Origin: Candidatus Rokuibacteriota bacterium
GTDB lineage: Bacteria > Methylomirabilota > Methylomirabilia > Rokubacteriales > CSP1-6
Assembly: GCA_003221455.1 (NCBI GenBank)
Contig: QHRX01000027.1
Coordinates: 1 to 63,932 of the forward strand
Direction of reading: 5' to 3'
Length of the DNA stretch: 63,932 nucleotides
Part shown: one piece after another, positions 1 to 9,506 of the stretch
How positions within the stretch are numbered: position 1 is the first letter of the stretch
How the letters are laid out: each line of letters begins with the position of its first letter
Translations under genes and position numbers: made by a program
The notes under the pieces: model-generated
The model's database searches: none
Told to the model about the DNA's origin: nothing
What the model saw: only the letters and a program-made list of their open reading frames with translations

Positions 1-663
1 CGCGCGAACGATGTTGCCCGGGTCCACCAGACGCAGCCCGACCCGACCGCTGATCGGCGAGGTGATGCGGCAGTAGGTCAGCTGGAGCTTGGCCATGTCG
101 ATCTGTCCCTGGTCGAGCTTGACGACGCCTTCGTACTGGTGCGCCAGCGACTCCTGGGTATCCAGCAGCTGCTTGGGAATCGAATCCTGGGCCCAGAGCC
201 CGCGGTACCGCTCCACATCGAGCCGGGCGTTCTTCAGCAGCGCCTGGTCGCGCACCATCTGTCCCTCGGCCTGGGTCAGCTGCGCCTCGAAGGGGCGCGG
301 GTCGATCTGGACCAGCAGCTCGCCGCTCTTGACGAGCTGGCCCTCCCGGAACAGCACTTTTGTCAGCTCACCGTCGACGCGGCTCTTGACGGTGACCGTG
401 TTGAGTGGCGTCACCGAGCCGAGGCCGTTGAGGTATACGCCGACGTCCCCCTGTCGTGCCGGTACCGCGACCACCGGCACGCCGCGCGGAGGGGGCGCCG
501 CGGCCCGGGCCGCGCGCGACTGGGCCTCGCCCAGCTTCATCACGAGCACGTACGCGGCGACGGCCACGAGACAGACCGCGAGCAGCGCCGCCCACCAGCG
601 CCTGAGGCCGGCCGACCGCGGTGTCGCCCGCCCGGGGTCCTTTCCGGTCGCTTCCGTCTCCAT
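1..663 (-). CDS. mdtA: RND efflux periplasmic adaptor (MdtA/MuxA-like), 3' end runs off window
   Basis: Manual translation from ATG at 663 (SD GGAGG upstream): N-terminal TM anchor then [60 protein letters not shown] and [19 protein letters not shown]. Not in the ORF track because it is truncated. Confidence 0.9.
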   Translation of the reverse strand, partial: METEATGKDPGRATPRSAGLRRWWAALLAVCLVAVAAYVLVMKLGEAQSRAARAAAPPPRGVPVVAVPARQGDVGVYLNGLGSVTPLNTVTVKSRVDGELTKVLFREGQLVKSGELLVQIDPRPFEAQLTQAEGQMVRDQALLKNARLDVERYRGLWAQDSIPKQLLDTQESLAHQYEGVVKLDQGQIDMAKLQLTYCRITSPISGRVGLRLVDPGNIVRA

Positions 664-709
664 GACCTCCCTCCTAGGGCACGCTACAGGATCGGGGGAG
701 CAGCGGGAC

Positions 710-745
710 GTTAAGAAATGTAAACTTGACTTGACACTTCTTTAC
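710..745. promoter_or_regulatory. CpxR/OmpR-type direct-repeat boxes in divergent mdtA/cpxR promoter
   Basis: GTTAA-N5-GTAAA at 710-724 (+) and GTAAA-N5-GTCAA at 745-731 (-), matching GTAAA-N5-GTAAA consensus in an AT-rich patch. Confidence 0.6.
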
Positions 746-822
746 CCACGGACGGGGGTGCCGGCGCGAGAATGCGAAGGGTGAACGAGGCGATTGCTCG
801 GCAGCCGAGCGCCCAGGGCCGG

Positions 823-1539
823 ATGACCCGCGTGCTCCTGGTCGACGACGACGAGGAATTGTGCGAGCTCGTCCGCGAGTACCTGGTGCAGGAGGGCTTC
901 CAGCTGGATGCGGAAGTGGACGGGGCCCGGGCGGTGGAGCGGGCGGCGTCCGGTGACTACCAGCTCACCGTCCTCGACGTGATGCTCCCGGGCGTCAGTG
1001 GCTTCGACCTCCTGCGGCGCATCCGCGCGCGGTCGCGGACCCCGGTGCTCATGCTGACCGCGCGCGGCGACGACGTGGACCGCATCGTGGGGCTCGAGCT
1101 CGGCGCGGACGACTATCTGTCGAAGCCCTTCAATCCCCGGGAGCTGGTCGCGCGCATCCGCGCCATCCTCCGCCGGGCGGCCCCCGACGGCGGACCCGGG
1201 CCCGGCGACCGCCGCCCCGAGCGGCTGTCCGTCGACGATCTCGAGATGGATGTCGGCAGCCATGTGGTCCGGCGGGCCGGCGTCCGGGTCGAGTTGACGG
1301 CGGTCGAGTTCAGCCTGCTCGAGGTCCTGCTGCGGGCGCCGGGCTCGGTCGTCCAGCGCGACGAGTTGGCGCGAAGCGTCCTGGGGCGGGAGTTGGTGCC
1401 GTTCGACCGGAGCATCGACGTCCACGTGAGCCGGCTGCGGAAGAAGCTCGGCCCCCGGTCCGACGGCGGTGAGCGGATCAAGGCCGTGCGGGCGGTGGGC
1501 TACGTGTACGGCCGCGACGACGGCATGGACGGCGCCTGA
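823..1539 (+). CDS. cpxR: OmpR-family response regulator (CpxR-like)
   Basis: Receiver VLLVDDD...VLDVMLP...LMLTA...DYLSKPF plus winged helix (FDRSIDVHVSRLRKKL, IKAVRAVGY); likely start ATG 823. Confidence 0.9.
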   Translation: MTRVLLVDDDEELCELVREYLVQEGFQLDAEVDGARAVERAASGDYQLTVLDVMLPGVSGFDLLRRIRARSRTPVLMLTARGDDVDRIVGLELGADDYLSKPFNPRELVARIRAILRRAAPDGGPGPGDRRPERLSVDDLEMDVGSHVVRRAGVRVELTAVEFSLLEVLLRAPGSVVQRDELARSVLGRELVPFDRSIDVHVSRLRKKLGPRSDGGERIKAVRAVGYVYGRDDGMDGA

Positions 1540-1541
1540 CG

Positions 1542-2948
1542 ATGCGTGGCATCTTCGTGAAGATCCTCCTCTGGTTCTGGGTGTCGCTCGTGCTGGTCGG
1601 GCTGGCCGTCCACGTTGCGATCATCACGACGGAGATGCCCATCGAGGTGCGGCTCCAGCGGTTTAGCGACCGGGCGCTCGGGGGCTACGTCCGCTCGGCC
1701 TCGGAGCTCCTCGACCGCGACGGGCCGGCGGCGGTGGCGACGTTCTTCGGGCAGCTGGAGCGGACGATGCGGATTCGCGCCCTCATGCTGGGGGAGGACG
1801 GCCGGGAGGTCTCGGGCCGGGCGGTGCCCCCGGAGGCGGCGGCCCTGGTCGCGCGGGCGCGCGCGTCGGGCGAGACCGAAGTGAAGGCCGAGGGGCGCAC
1901 AGTCTGGAAGGCGCGCCAGGTGACGACGCCGGGGGGACGCCACTACGTGATGCTGGTGGGTGCGCCGACCCACCTGCTGAGGCTTCTGCAAGACGCGCCG
2001 TCGGCGCAGCTGCTGCGCCTCCTGGCCCTCCTTCTCACCGCCGGGGTCGTCTGTTACGGGCTGGCGAGGTATGTGGCCAGGCCGCTCGGCACGCTGCGGG
2101 AGGCCACCCGCCAGGTGGCCGCCGGCAACCTCAGCGTCCGGGTGGGCCCCGCCATGGGACGGCGGGCCGACGAGTTCGCGGACCTCGGCCGGGACTTCGA
2201 CCGGATGGCCGAGCGGATCGAGGGGCTCATGACCTCGGAACGGCGGCTGCTCCGGGACATCTCGCACGAGCTTCGCTCGCCGCTCTCGCGCCTGAACGTC
2301 GCGCTCGGCCTCGCGCGCCAGCGGGCGGGCGAGGAGCAGGCCGCCCTCGACCGGATCGAGCGCGAGGCCGAGCGTCTGAACTTCCTCATCGGCCAGCTCC
2401 TCATGCTCGCCCGACTCGAGAGCGGAGCGCGGGAACCGGAGCGCGAGCCGGTGGACCTGACCCGGGTCGTCCACGAGGTGGCGGAGGATGCCGACTTCGA
2501 AGCGCGCAGCCGGGACCGATCCGTGCGCGTCACCGAGAGCTGCGACGCCGTCCTCCTCGGCGCCGCGGAGCTCTTGAGGAGCGCCGTCGAGAACGTGGTG
2601 CGGAACGCCGTGCGCCACACCCGGGAGAACACCGCGGTCGAGGTCGCGTTGCGCCCGGACGGCCACGACCGATCGCCCCGCGTCCTCATCTCGGTGCGCG
2701 ACCACGGAAGTGGCGTGCCCGAGAGCGCGCTCGCCGACATCTTTCACCCGTTCTACCGCGTCGGTGACGCGCGCGAGCGCGAGACCGGCGGCGCCGGCCT
2801 CGGGCTGACGATCGTCGATCGGACGGTCCGCCTGCACGGCGGCACCGTCCGGGCCGCGAACGCCCCGGGGGGCGGCCTGGTCGTGGAGATGAGCCTGCCC
2901 GCCGCCACCGTCGTCGCGCGCGGCCACGCCGGAGCCGTCGCGACGTAG
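1542..2948 (+). CDS. cpxA: HAMP-domain sensor histidine kinase (CpxA-like)
   Basis: Two TM helices, HAMP, H-box DISHELRSPL, N-box ENVVRNA, G boxes DHGSG / GAGLGL. Confidence 0.9.
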   Translation: MRGIFVKILLWFWVSLVLVGLAVHVAIITTEMPIEVRLQRFSDRALGGYVRSASELLDRDGPAAVATFFGQLERTMRIRALMLGEDGREVSGRAVPPEAAALVARARASGETEVKAEGRTVWKARQVTTPGGRHYVMLVGAPTHLLRLLQDAPSAQLLRLLALLLTAGVVCYGLARYVARPLGTLREATRQVAAGNLSVRVGPAMGRRADEFADLGRDFDRMAERIEGLMTSERRLLRDISHELRSPLSRLNVALGLARQRAGEEQAALDRIEREAERLNFLIGQLLMLARLESGAREPEREPVDLTRVVHEVAEDADFEARSRDRSVRVTESCDAVLLGAAELLRSAVENVVRNAVRHTRENTAVEVALRPDGHDRSPRVLISVRDHGSGVPESALADIFHPFYRVGDARERETGGAGLGLTIVDRTVRLHGGTVRAANAPGGGLVVEMSLPAATVVARGHAGAVAT

Positions 2949-2966
2949 TCCCGAGGGGAGGTCGCC

Positions 2967-3929
2967 ATGCACCGCTCGCTGCTCGCGCTCGTCTTGGCCC
3001 TGGTCATGCTGCCGCCCGCTGCGCGGGCCGACGTCGCCGTCCAGGCCTACCCCCTGCCCCCCGGTGGCGGCTATCCGCACGACGTCGCCGTCGGCGGCGA
3101 CGGCACCGTCTGGTACACGGCCCAGCGGAGCGGCCAGCTCGGCCGCCTCGACCCCGCGACCGGCAAGGTCGAGCTCATCCCGCTCGGGGCGGGTGCCGCC
3201 CCGCACGGCGTCCTCATCGGTCCGGACGGCGCGCCGTGGATCACCGAGGGCGGCACCAACGCGATCGTCCGGGTCGACCCCCGGACCCGCGTGGTGACGC
3301 GCTGGCCGCTGCCCGACGGACACGGCTGGGCGAACCTCAACACCCTGACCTTCGACAAGCGCGGCCGCGTCTGGTTCACCGGCCAGAACGGCATCTACGG
3401 CCGGCTCGAGCCGAAGACCGGCGCGATGGAGATCTGGGAGGCGCCGCGCGGTCGGGGCCCCTACGGCATCACGACGACGCCGGAGGGAGACGTCTATTAC
3501 GCGTCGCTCGCGGGCAACTACATCGCGCGCCTCGACCTCGACACGGGAGCCGCCACGGTCATCGAACCGCCGACCCGAGACCAAGGCGCGCGGCGCGTGT
3601 GGGCGGACTCAAAGGGCCGGATCTGGGTGAGCGAGTGGAACGCCGGCCACGTCAGCCGCTACGACCCCCGGCGCGGGGCCTGGACGACCTGGAAGCTGCC
3701 AGGCGCCCGCGCGCGCGCCTACGCCATCTACGTCGACGACGCGGACGTGGTATGGCTCAGCGACTGGACGGCCAACGCGGTCGTCCGCTTCGACCCCGAG
3801 CGCGAAAAGTTCGAGGTGTTTCCGAGCGACCGGCCCGCGGCCAACGTGCGCCAGCTCCACGGCCGGCGGGGAGAAGTCTGGGCGCCGGAGTCCGGAGCCG
3901 ACCGGCTCGTCGTGTACCGGACCCGGTGA
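2967..3929 (+). CDS. Exported virginiamycin B lyase (Vgb)-like beta-propeller
   Basis: Signal peptide; repeated PHDV/PHGV/PYGI..GPDG..W.T blades. Confidence 0.8.
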   Translation: MHRSLLALVLALVMLPPAARADVAVQAYPLPPGGGYPHDVAVGGDGTVWYTAQRSGQLGRLDPATGKVELIPLGAGAAPHGVLIGPDGAPWITEGGTNAIVRVDPRTRVVTRWPLPDGHGWANLNTLTFDKRGRVWFTGQNGIYGRLEPKTGAMEIWEAPRGRGPYGITTTPEGDVYYASLAGNYIARLDLDTGAATVIEPPTRDQGARRVWADSKGRIWVSEWNAGHVSRYDPRRGAWTTWKLPGARARAYAIYVDDADVVWLSDWTANAVVRFDPEREKFEVFPSDRPAANVRQLHGRRGEVWAPESGADRLVVYRTR

Positions 3930-4123
3930 CCGCGCCGGCGGCCGGGCCTTCCGGATGCCCGGTCGAGGAGGGGGGCGGAGGAAGAACGGGCGGCGTCCGC
4001 CGTGAATGAGTGGCTCCTCCGATCGCCACGGTCGGGTGCTCCTCGAGCCGCCACCGACGCCTCGCTGTCGGCGGCGTCAGGGGAGCGCCGGATGTCTTCG
4101 CCGCTCCCTCACCCCTGCCGTGT

Positions 4124-5839
4124 TCACCACCTCCGCGCGAGGGGGCCGCGGAGCAACTGCCCGGGAAGCGCCCCCGTGGGCTTGCCGTCGCGCAGCACGA
4201 TCTCGCCGTTCACGATGGTTGCCGACAGGCCGCGCGCCCGCTGCACGAGGCGCCGGGCCCCGGCCGGAAGATCGTGCGCCACCTCCGGCATCTCGGGGGC
4301 GATCGTCTCGGGGTCGAAGACGAGGAGATCGGCCACCAGCCCTTCGCGGATCAGGCCTCGGTCTGCGAAGCCCCAGTGCGTCGCGGGCTCGAAGCTCAGC
4401 ATGCGGACGGCCTGCTCGAGGGTGAAGGCGCCTCTCGTGCGCACCCAGTGACTGAGCACGTGCGTCTGGAGCGAGGCATCCATGATCTGCGAGACGTGCG
4501 CGCCGGAGTCCGAGAAGGTGACCACCGAGCGCGGATGCTTCATCATCTCGAGCACGTCGTCCTGGTTTTCGTTGGCGATCGGCTGGAGGAAGAACAGCTC
4601 GAGGTCTTTTTCGAGGGCGAGGTCGATCATCGCCTCGACCGGGTCAACGCCGCGGGCGCGGGCGACCTCCGCCACCGAGCGATGGGGTCCCTCCACCGTG
4701 TCCATGACGAAGATCCCGTCGTATGCGGCTGGCCGCGGCTCCGCTCCGATCGCCCGCCGCTCGTGGCGCTCGCCCGCGGCCTCGACGAGACGTCGGCGCA
4801 CCTCCGGATCGCGCAGCCGCAGCCGCTGCAGATCGAGCGGCAGCGCCCGAAGCTCCTTCCACACCGGCAGCCGGTCGAACGGTAGGCTGGTCTTGAACGA
4901 GAGCACCACGTTGAGCGCGCGGCTGTGCGCCTGCGCGAACATGCGGCCGCCCGCGGCCGCGGTCTCCTCGAGCAGCGCGAGGTGGGTCCGCCACACCTCC
5001 GGCGCCTCTCTGCGGCTGAATACGCCCCACGTCACCGGGCGTCCGGTCTCCACGGCCAGATCGCGCAGCCGCACGTGGTAGTCGCGGAGGCCCTGGGGAT
5101 CGCGCGAGGTCCGGCCGACCTCTTCGCCGGCGAGCTCGAAGATGCCCGCGTTCATGTCGCCCATGACACCGACCAGCCGCCGCACCTCGTCCCAGGTGGC
5201 GAGGCGACTCGCGACGGGGCGCCGAGCGGGGGTCTCGTGACTCGGCGAGCGCGATGTCGTGAAGCCGATGGCGCCGGCGCGGATGGCATCGCGCAGCTCG
5301 CGTTCCATCCCCCGGAGGTCGTCCTCGCCGGCCGGCTCCTCGAAGGCCCGTTCGCCCATGACGTAGGTGCGCAGCGCCGAGTGACCGATATAGCACGCGT
5401 AGTTGATGCCTTTGGGCAGGGTGTCCACGCGATCGAGAAACTCCGGGAACGTGGTCCACGCCCAGTCGATGCCCGCGTCCATCGCCTCGGCCGCGATGTC
5501 CTCCGCGCGCTCTAAGTTGCGGATGACCAGGTGCTTGTCGGACGCGCGGCAGGGGGCGAGGGTGAATCCGCAGTTGCCCATGACCACGGTGGTGACGCCG
5601 TGCCAGCACGAGCAGGTGCCGAGCGGATCCCAGAAGATCTGCGCGTCCATGTGCGTGTGCCCGTCCACGAAGCCGGGCGCCACCGCCTGTCCGTCCGCGT
5701 CGATCACCTCGCCCGCGCGCTCGCGGATGCGCCCGATGCCGGCGATGCGGCCGTGCCGCACGCCGACGTCGGCCCGATAGCGGGGCAAGCCGGATCCGTC
5801 GATCACCATGCCGTTCTTGACGACCAGGTCGTACGGCAT
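4124..5839 (-). CDS. N-acyl-D-amino-acid deacylase family amidohydrolase
   Basis: MPYDLVVKNGMVIDGSG...APGFVDGHTHMD metal motif, SDSGAH, DRGLIREGLVADL; start ATG 5839. Confidence 0.85.
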   Translation of the reverse strand: MPYDLVVKNGMVIDGSGLPRYRADVGVRHGRIAGIGRIRERAGEVIDADGQAVAPGFVDGHTHMDAQIFWDPLGTCSCWHGVTTVVMGNCGFTLAPCRASDKHLVIRNLERAEDIAAEAMDAGIDWAWTTFPEFLDRVDTLPKGINYACYIGHSALRTYVMGERAFEEPAGEDDLRGMERELRDAIRAGAIGFTTSRSPSHETPARRPVASRLATWDEVRRLVGVMGDMNAGIFELAGEEVGRTSRDPQGLRDYHVRLRDLAVETGRPVTWGVFSRREAPEVWRTHLALLEETAAAGGRMFAQAHSRALNVVLSFKTSLPFDRLPVWKELRALPLDLQRLRLRDPEVRRRLVEAAGERHERRAIGAEPRPAAYDGIFVMDTVEGPHRSVAEVARARGVDPVEAMIDLALEKDLELFFLQPIANENQDDVLEMMKHPRSVVTFSDSGAHVSQIMDASLQTHVLSHWVRTRGAFTLEQAVRMLSFEPATHWGFADRGLIREGLVADLLVFDPETIAPEMPEVAHDLPAGARRLVQRARGLSATIVNGEIVLRDGKPTGALPGQLLRGPLARRW

Positions 5840-6060
5840 CGTCCGCTCCTCCTTAGCCGGGCTCGACGGCCGCGCTCGCGGCAGTGGCCGTATCGTACTC
5901 CACTTCCCGCCGTGCTGGCCAGGCGCCGGTCTCCCGTCTTGCGGACCGGGCGCGAACGGCCGCGATCGGGACGGGTCCCTGTCGTGGGGTGGGCGCGCGG
6001 GGCCCCGGCCCCCCGACAGATCGAGAGAGGGTGGGTCGAGCGTCGGCTTCGGAGGCTCCC

Positions 6061-6090
6061 TTGACAGCCTCGTGGTCGCGGGCGCAGTAT
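6061..6090 (+). promoter_or_regulatory. Putative sigma70 promoter upstream of iorA1
   Basis: TTGACA at 6061-6066, weak -10 CAGTAT at 6085-6090. Confidence 0.35.
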
Positions 6091-6287
6091 CGCGCCGGTG
6101 GACACGGTCCGTCTCGTGGAGGGAATGGCTGGGGCTCCCGCACGCGTGGCCCCACGGCTGACAGCAGGCGGTTAGGCCGCCAACATTACTCGACAGACAT
6201 CGCCGGGAGAGGCCGTGTACAGCCGCGGGCAACGCCGAACTCAGATTCGGCCGCCGTTCAGAGCGTCTCACTCCCAAGGAGGGTCGT

Positions 6288-6737
6288 ATGGTAACGCTTC
6301 ACGTGAATGGTAAAGCGCGACAGGCGGACGTTCCTCCGGATACGCCGCTGTTGTGGACCTTGCGCGATGTCCTTGGATTGACCGGGACCAAGTACGGTTG
6401 CGGCATGGCGCTGTGCGGCGCCTGCACCGTGCACGTCGATGGCCAACCCGTGCGCTCCTGCATCACGCCGATCTCCGCGGTCGGGCAGGCGAAGATCACC
6501 ACGATCGAGGCGATCGGCGAGGACCGCGTCGGCAAGGCCGTCCAGGCGGCGTGGGTCGAGGTCGGCGTGCCCCAGTGTGGCTATTGCCAGCCCGGCCAGA
6601 TCATGTCCGCTACTGCGTTGCTCAAGCGAACTCCCAAGCCAACGGATGCCGACATCAACACGGCGATGAGCGGCAACATCTGTCGCTGCGGCACGTATAC
6701 CCGGATTCGCGCGGCCATCCACCGTGCGGCCAGCTAG
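6288..6737 (+). CDS. iorA: (2Fe-2S) small subunit of isoquinoline/aldehyde oxidoreductase
   Basis: [31 protein letters not shown]. Confidence 0.92.
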   Translation: MVTLHVNGKARQADVPPDTPLLWTLRDVLGLTGTKYGCGMALCGACTVHVDGQPVRSCITPISAVGQAKITTIEAIGEDRVGKAVQAAWVEVGVPQCGYCQPGQIMSATALLKRTPKPTDADINTAMSGNICRCGTYTRIRAAIHRAAS

Positions 6738-6751
6738 AAAGGAGCGACGAG

Positions 6752-9091
6752 ATGAAGGCGCCACTCGATTCGATGAACTCCGCCCCCAGTGACGCGCCGC
6801 CCGACAGCCCGCCCCAGTTCGCGAACGTGAGCCGGCGGGGTTTTCTCGTCGGAATGTCCGCGCTCGGCGGGCTCGTCCTCGCCGTCGGGTTCCCGGCGGC
6901 CTCGCGCGCTGAGGACAAGCCCAAGTACGGCGCAGACGGCATGGCCGACGGGTGGGTCGATGACCCCTTGGCGTTCGTCTCGATCGGTGAGGACGGCACG
7001 GTCACCATCGTCGTTCACCGTTCCGAGATGGGGCAAGGCGTCCGCACCAGCATGGCGATGATCGTGGCCGATGAACTCGAAGCCGACTGGAAGCGGGTCC
7101 GGGTCGTGCAGGCGCCCGGCGACCAGAAGCGCTTCGGCAACCAGGACACCGACGGCTCGCGCAGCACGCGTCATTTCTTCGGACCGATGCGCCGCGTCGG
7201 CGCGGCGGCCCGCACGATGCTCGAGACCGCGGCGGCGGCGCGCTGGAACGTGCCCGTGAGCGAAGTGGAAGCGCGGAACCACGAGGTGGTGCATCGCCCG
7301 TCGGGGCGGCGGCTCGGCTATGGCGAGCTCGCCTACGACGCCAGCAAGCTCCCGGTCCCGCCGAGGGAGACGCTCCGCCTGAAGGACCCGTCCCAGTTCC
7401 GCTATATCGGCAAGGGCGACGTGAAGCTGATCGACGGTCCCGACATTGTGAGCGGTAAGGCCCAGTACGGCATCGACACCCGGCTGCCCGGCATGCTCTA
7501 CGCGGTGGTGGCGCGCCCGCCGGTCTACGAGGGCAGGGTCGTCAAGTACGACGCGACGGAAGCGCTCAGGGTGCCGGGCGTGGTCCGAGTGGTGGAGATC
7601 GAGAGCAGCCAGCCGCCCGCCCAGTTCAATCCCCTGGGCGGCGTCGCGGTCATCGCGCGGAACACCTCGGCGGCGATCAAAGGCCGGGAGGCGTTGAAGA
7701 TCGAGTGGGAGGACGGCCCGAACCGTGGCTACGATTCCGCCACCTACAAGGCGATGCTGGAGGAGCTGGCGCGGAAGCCGGGCAAGGTGGTCCGCAACGA
7801 GGGCGACGTCGATGCCGCCATGGCGCGCGCCGCGCGTCGCTATGAGGCCGAATACTACGTTCCGCACCACGCGCATGCGACCATGGAGCCGCCGGCCGCG
7901 ACCGTGCGCATCGTGGACGGCAAGTGCGAGGCGTGGGCGGGCATCCAGTCACCGCAGACCGCGCGTGACCTCATCGCCAAGCGACTCGGGATGCCGGTGG
8001 AGAACGTGACGGTCAATGTCACGCTCCTCGGCGGTGGCTTCGGGCGCAAGTCCAAGCCCGACTTCATGCTCGAGGCCGCCGTCCTGTCCAAGGCGATGGG
8101 CGGCGCCCCCGTCAAGGTCACCTGGACTCGCGAGGATGACCTGCGGAACTCCTACTATCACACCGTCTCGTTCCAGCATCTCGAAGCCGGCCTGGACGCG
8201 CAGGGCAAGCCGATCGCGTGGCTGCACCGGACCGCGGCGCCGACGATCATGTCCACGTTCGACGCCAACGCGAAGAACCAGGCGGCGTTCGAGCTCGGCA
8301 TGACCGCCATCAACATGCCCTTCGTGATTCCGAATGTCCGCATCGAGGACCCGGAAGTCCCGGCCCAGACGCGCATCGGCTGGTTCCGCTCGGTGTCGAA
8401 CATTCCCCACGCGTTCGCCGTCCAGTCCTTCGTCGCCGAGCTCGCGGCGGCGGCGGGGCAAGACCCCAAGGACTTCTTGCTCGCGCTACTCGGACCTCCA
8501 CGCCGGATCGACACCCGGAAGCAGGGCGATACCTGGAACTATGGCGAGTCGCCCGAGCGCTACGTCGTGGACACCGGACGCCTGCGGGGTGTCGTTGAGA
8601 CCGCGGCGCGCGAAGCGGGGTGGGGCAAGACGCTGCCCAAGGGCGGGGGGCAGGGCGTCGCCGTCGCCTATAGCTTCGTGACCTACGTGGCGGCGGTGGT
8701 GCAAGTTGCCGTCGACGACACGGGAGAGCTCTCGGTTCCCCGGGTGGACATCGCCGTCGACTGTGGTGCCCAGATCAACCCCGACCGCGTCCGCTCCCAG
8801 CTCGAGGGCGCCTGCATCATGGGCCTGACCCTCGCCACCGGAGCCGAGATCACCTACAAAGCGGGCCGCGTGGTGCAAAACAACTATGGTGACTACGAGG
8901 TCCTGCGGATGGCGGCTGCGCCCCGCGAGATCCGCGTACACATGGTGCCCGGGAACTTCGACGAGCCGCTCGGTGGCGTGGGTGAACCCGGCGTGCCCCC
9001 GATCGCGCCGGCGTTGTGCAACGCGATCTTCGCGGCGACCGGTAAGCGCATCCGGAGCCTACCGATCCACGACCAGCTGAAGACCGCCTGA
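6752..9091 (+). CDS. iorB: Molybdopterin-binding large subunit, IorB type, Tat signal
   Basis: VSRRGFL Tat motif; [41 protein letters not shown]; start ATG 6752. Confidence 0.9.
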   Translation: MKAPLDSMNSAPSDAPPDSPPQFANVSRRGFLVGMSALGGLVLAVGFPAASRAEDKPKYGADGMADGWVDDPLAFVSIGEDGTVTIVVHRSEMGQGVRTSMAMIVADELEADWKRVRVVQAPGDQKRFGNQDTDGSRSTRHFFGPMRRVGAAARTMLETAAAARWNVPVSEVEARNHEVVHRPSGRRLGYGELAYDASKLPVPPRETLRLKDPSQFRYIGKGDVKLIDGPDIVSGKAQYGIDTRLPGMLYAVVARPPVYEGRVVKYDATEALRVPGVVRVVEIESSQPPAQFNPLGGVAVIARNTSAAIKGREALKIEWEDGPNRGYDSATYKAMLEELARKPGKVVRNEGDVDAAMARAARRYEAEYYVPHHAHATMEPPAATVRIVDGKCEAWAGIQSPQTARDLIAKRLGMPVENVTVNVTLLGGGFGRKSKPDFMLEAAVLSKAMGGAPVKVTWTREDDLRNSYYHTVSFQHLEAGLDAQGKPIAWLHRTAAPTIMSTFDANAKNQAAFELGMTAINMPFVIPNVRIEDPEVPAQTRIGWFRSVSNIPHAFAVQSFVAELAAAAGQDPKDFLLALLGPPRRIDTRKQGDTWNYGESPERYVVDTGRLRGVVETAAREAGWGKTLPKGGGQGVAVAYSFVTYVAAVVQVAVDDTGELSVPRVDIAVDCGAQINPDRVRSQLEGACIMGLTLATGAEITYKAGRVVQNNYGDYEVLRMAAAPREIRVHMVPGNFDEPLGGVGEPGVPPIAPALCNAIFAATGKRIRSLPIHDQLKTA

Positions 9092-9387
9092 GTCGACGCT
9101 GGGAGAACCTGCCGGGGCGGCGAGCGGCGACGCCCGCTGGCCGCCCCGGCTGGTCGCGGCCGTCGGGGAGGGTCCGTCCCCCTGGCACTCCATCTCCGCC
9201 CAGTTCGTGGCGGCCTCGCCGCGACTCCCGGCGCTGGGCGCTCGTCCCCGATCCGGCTGCTCTCCGCATCATTTCCTCCCCGTCGGGGCGGCGGCCGGCG
9301 GTCTCACGATATCCCTATGAGACCCGGTCCCCCCTCGCGGAGCCGGTACCGCCTTGGCCAGTTTCTGTCACGGTCCGGACGTTGGGG

Positions 9388-9492
9388 TGACGCACCTGCG
9401 TCAGAAAAATGATCGACGGCGGAACCGACCGCGTCCTAAACCCCCGGGAAACGGAGAGAAATGATCTAGGCCCGTCTGGCACCCCTGCTGCA
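9388..9492 (+). promoter_or_regulatory. Putative sigma54 promoter with upstream palindrome
   Basis: TGGCAC-N5-CTGCA at 9477-9492 (GG-N10-GC); perfect TGACGCA-N2-TGCGTCA at 9388-9403. Confidence 0.5.
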
Positions 9493-9506
9493 CCGAGTGC
9501 AGAGCG

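Noticed and set aside
8850-9324. Minus-strand ATG at 9272 with GGAGG SD and a GGTCTCA-N11-TGAGACC inverted repeat
   Set aside because: The translation is low-complexity and runs antisense into iorB; no protein-like signal
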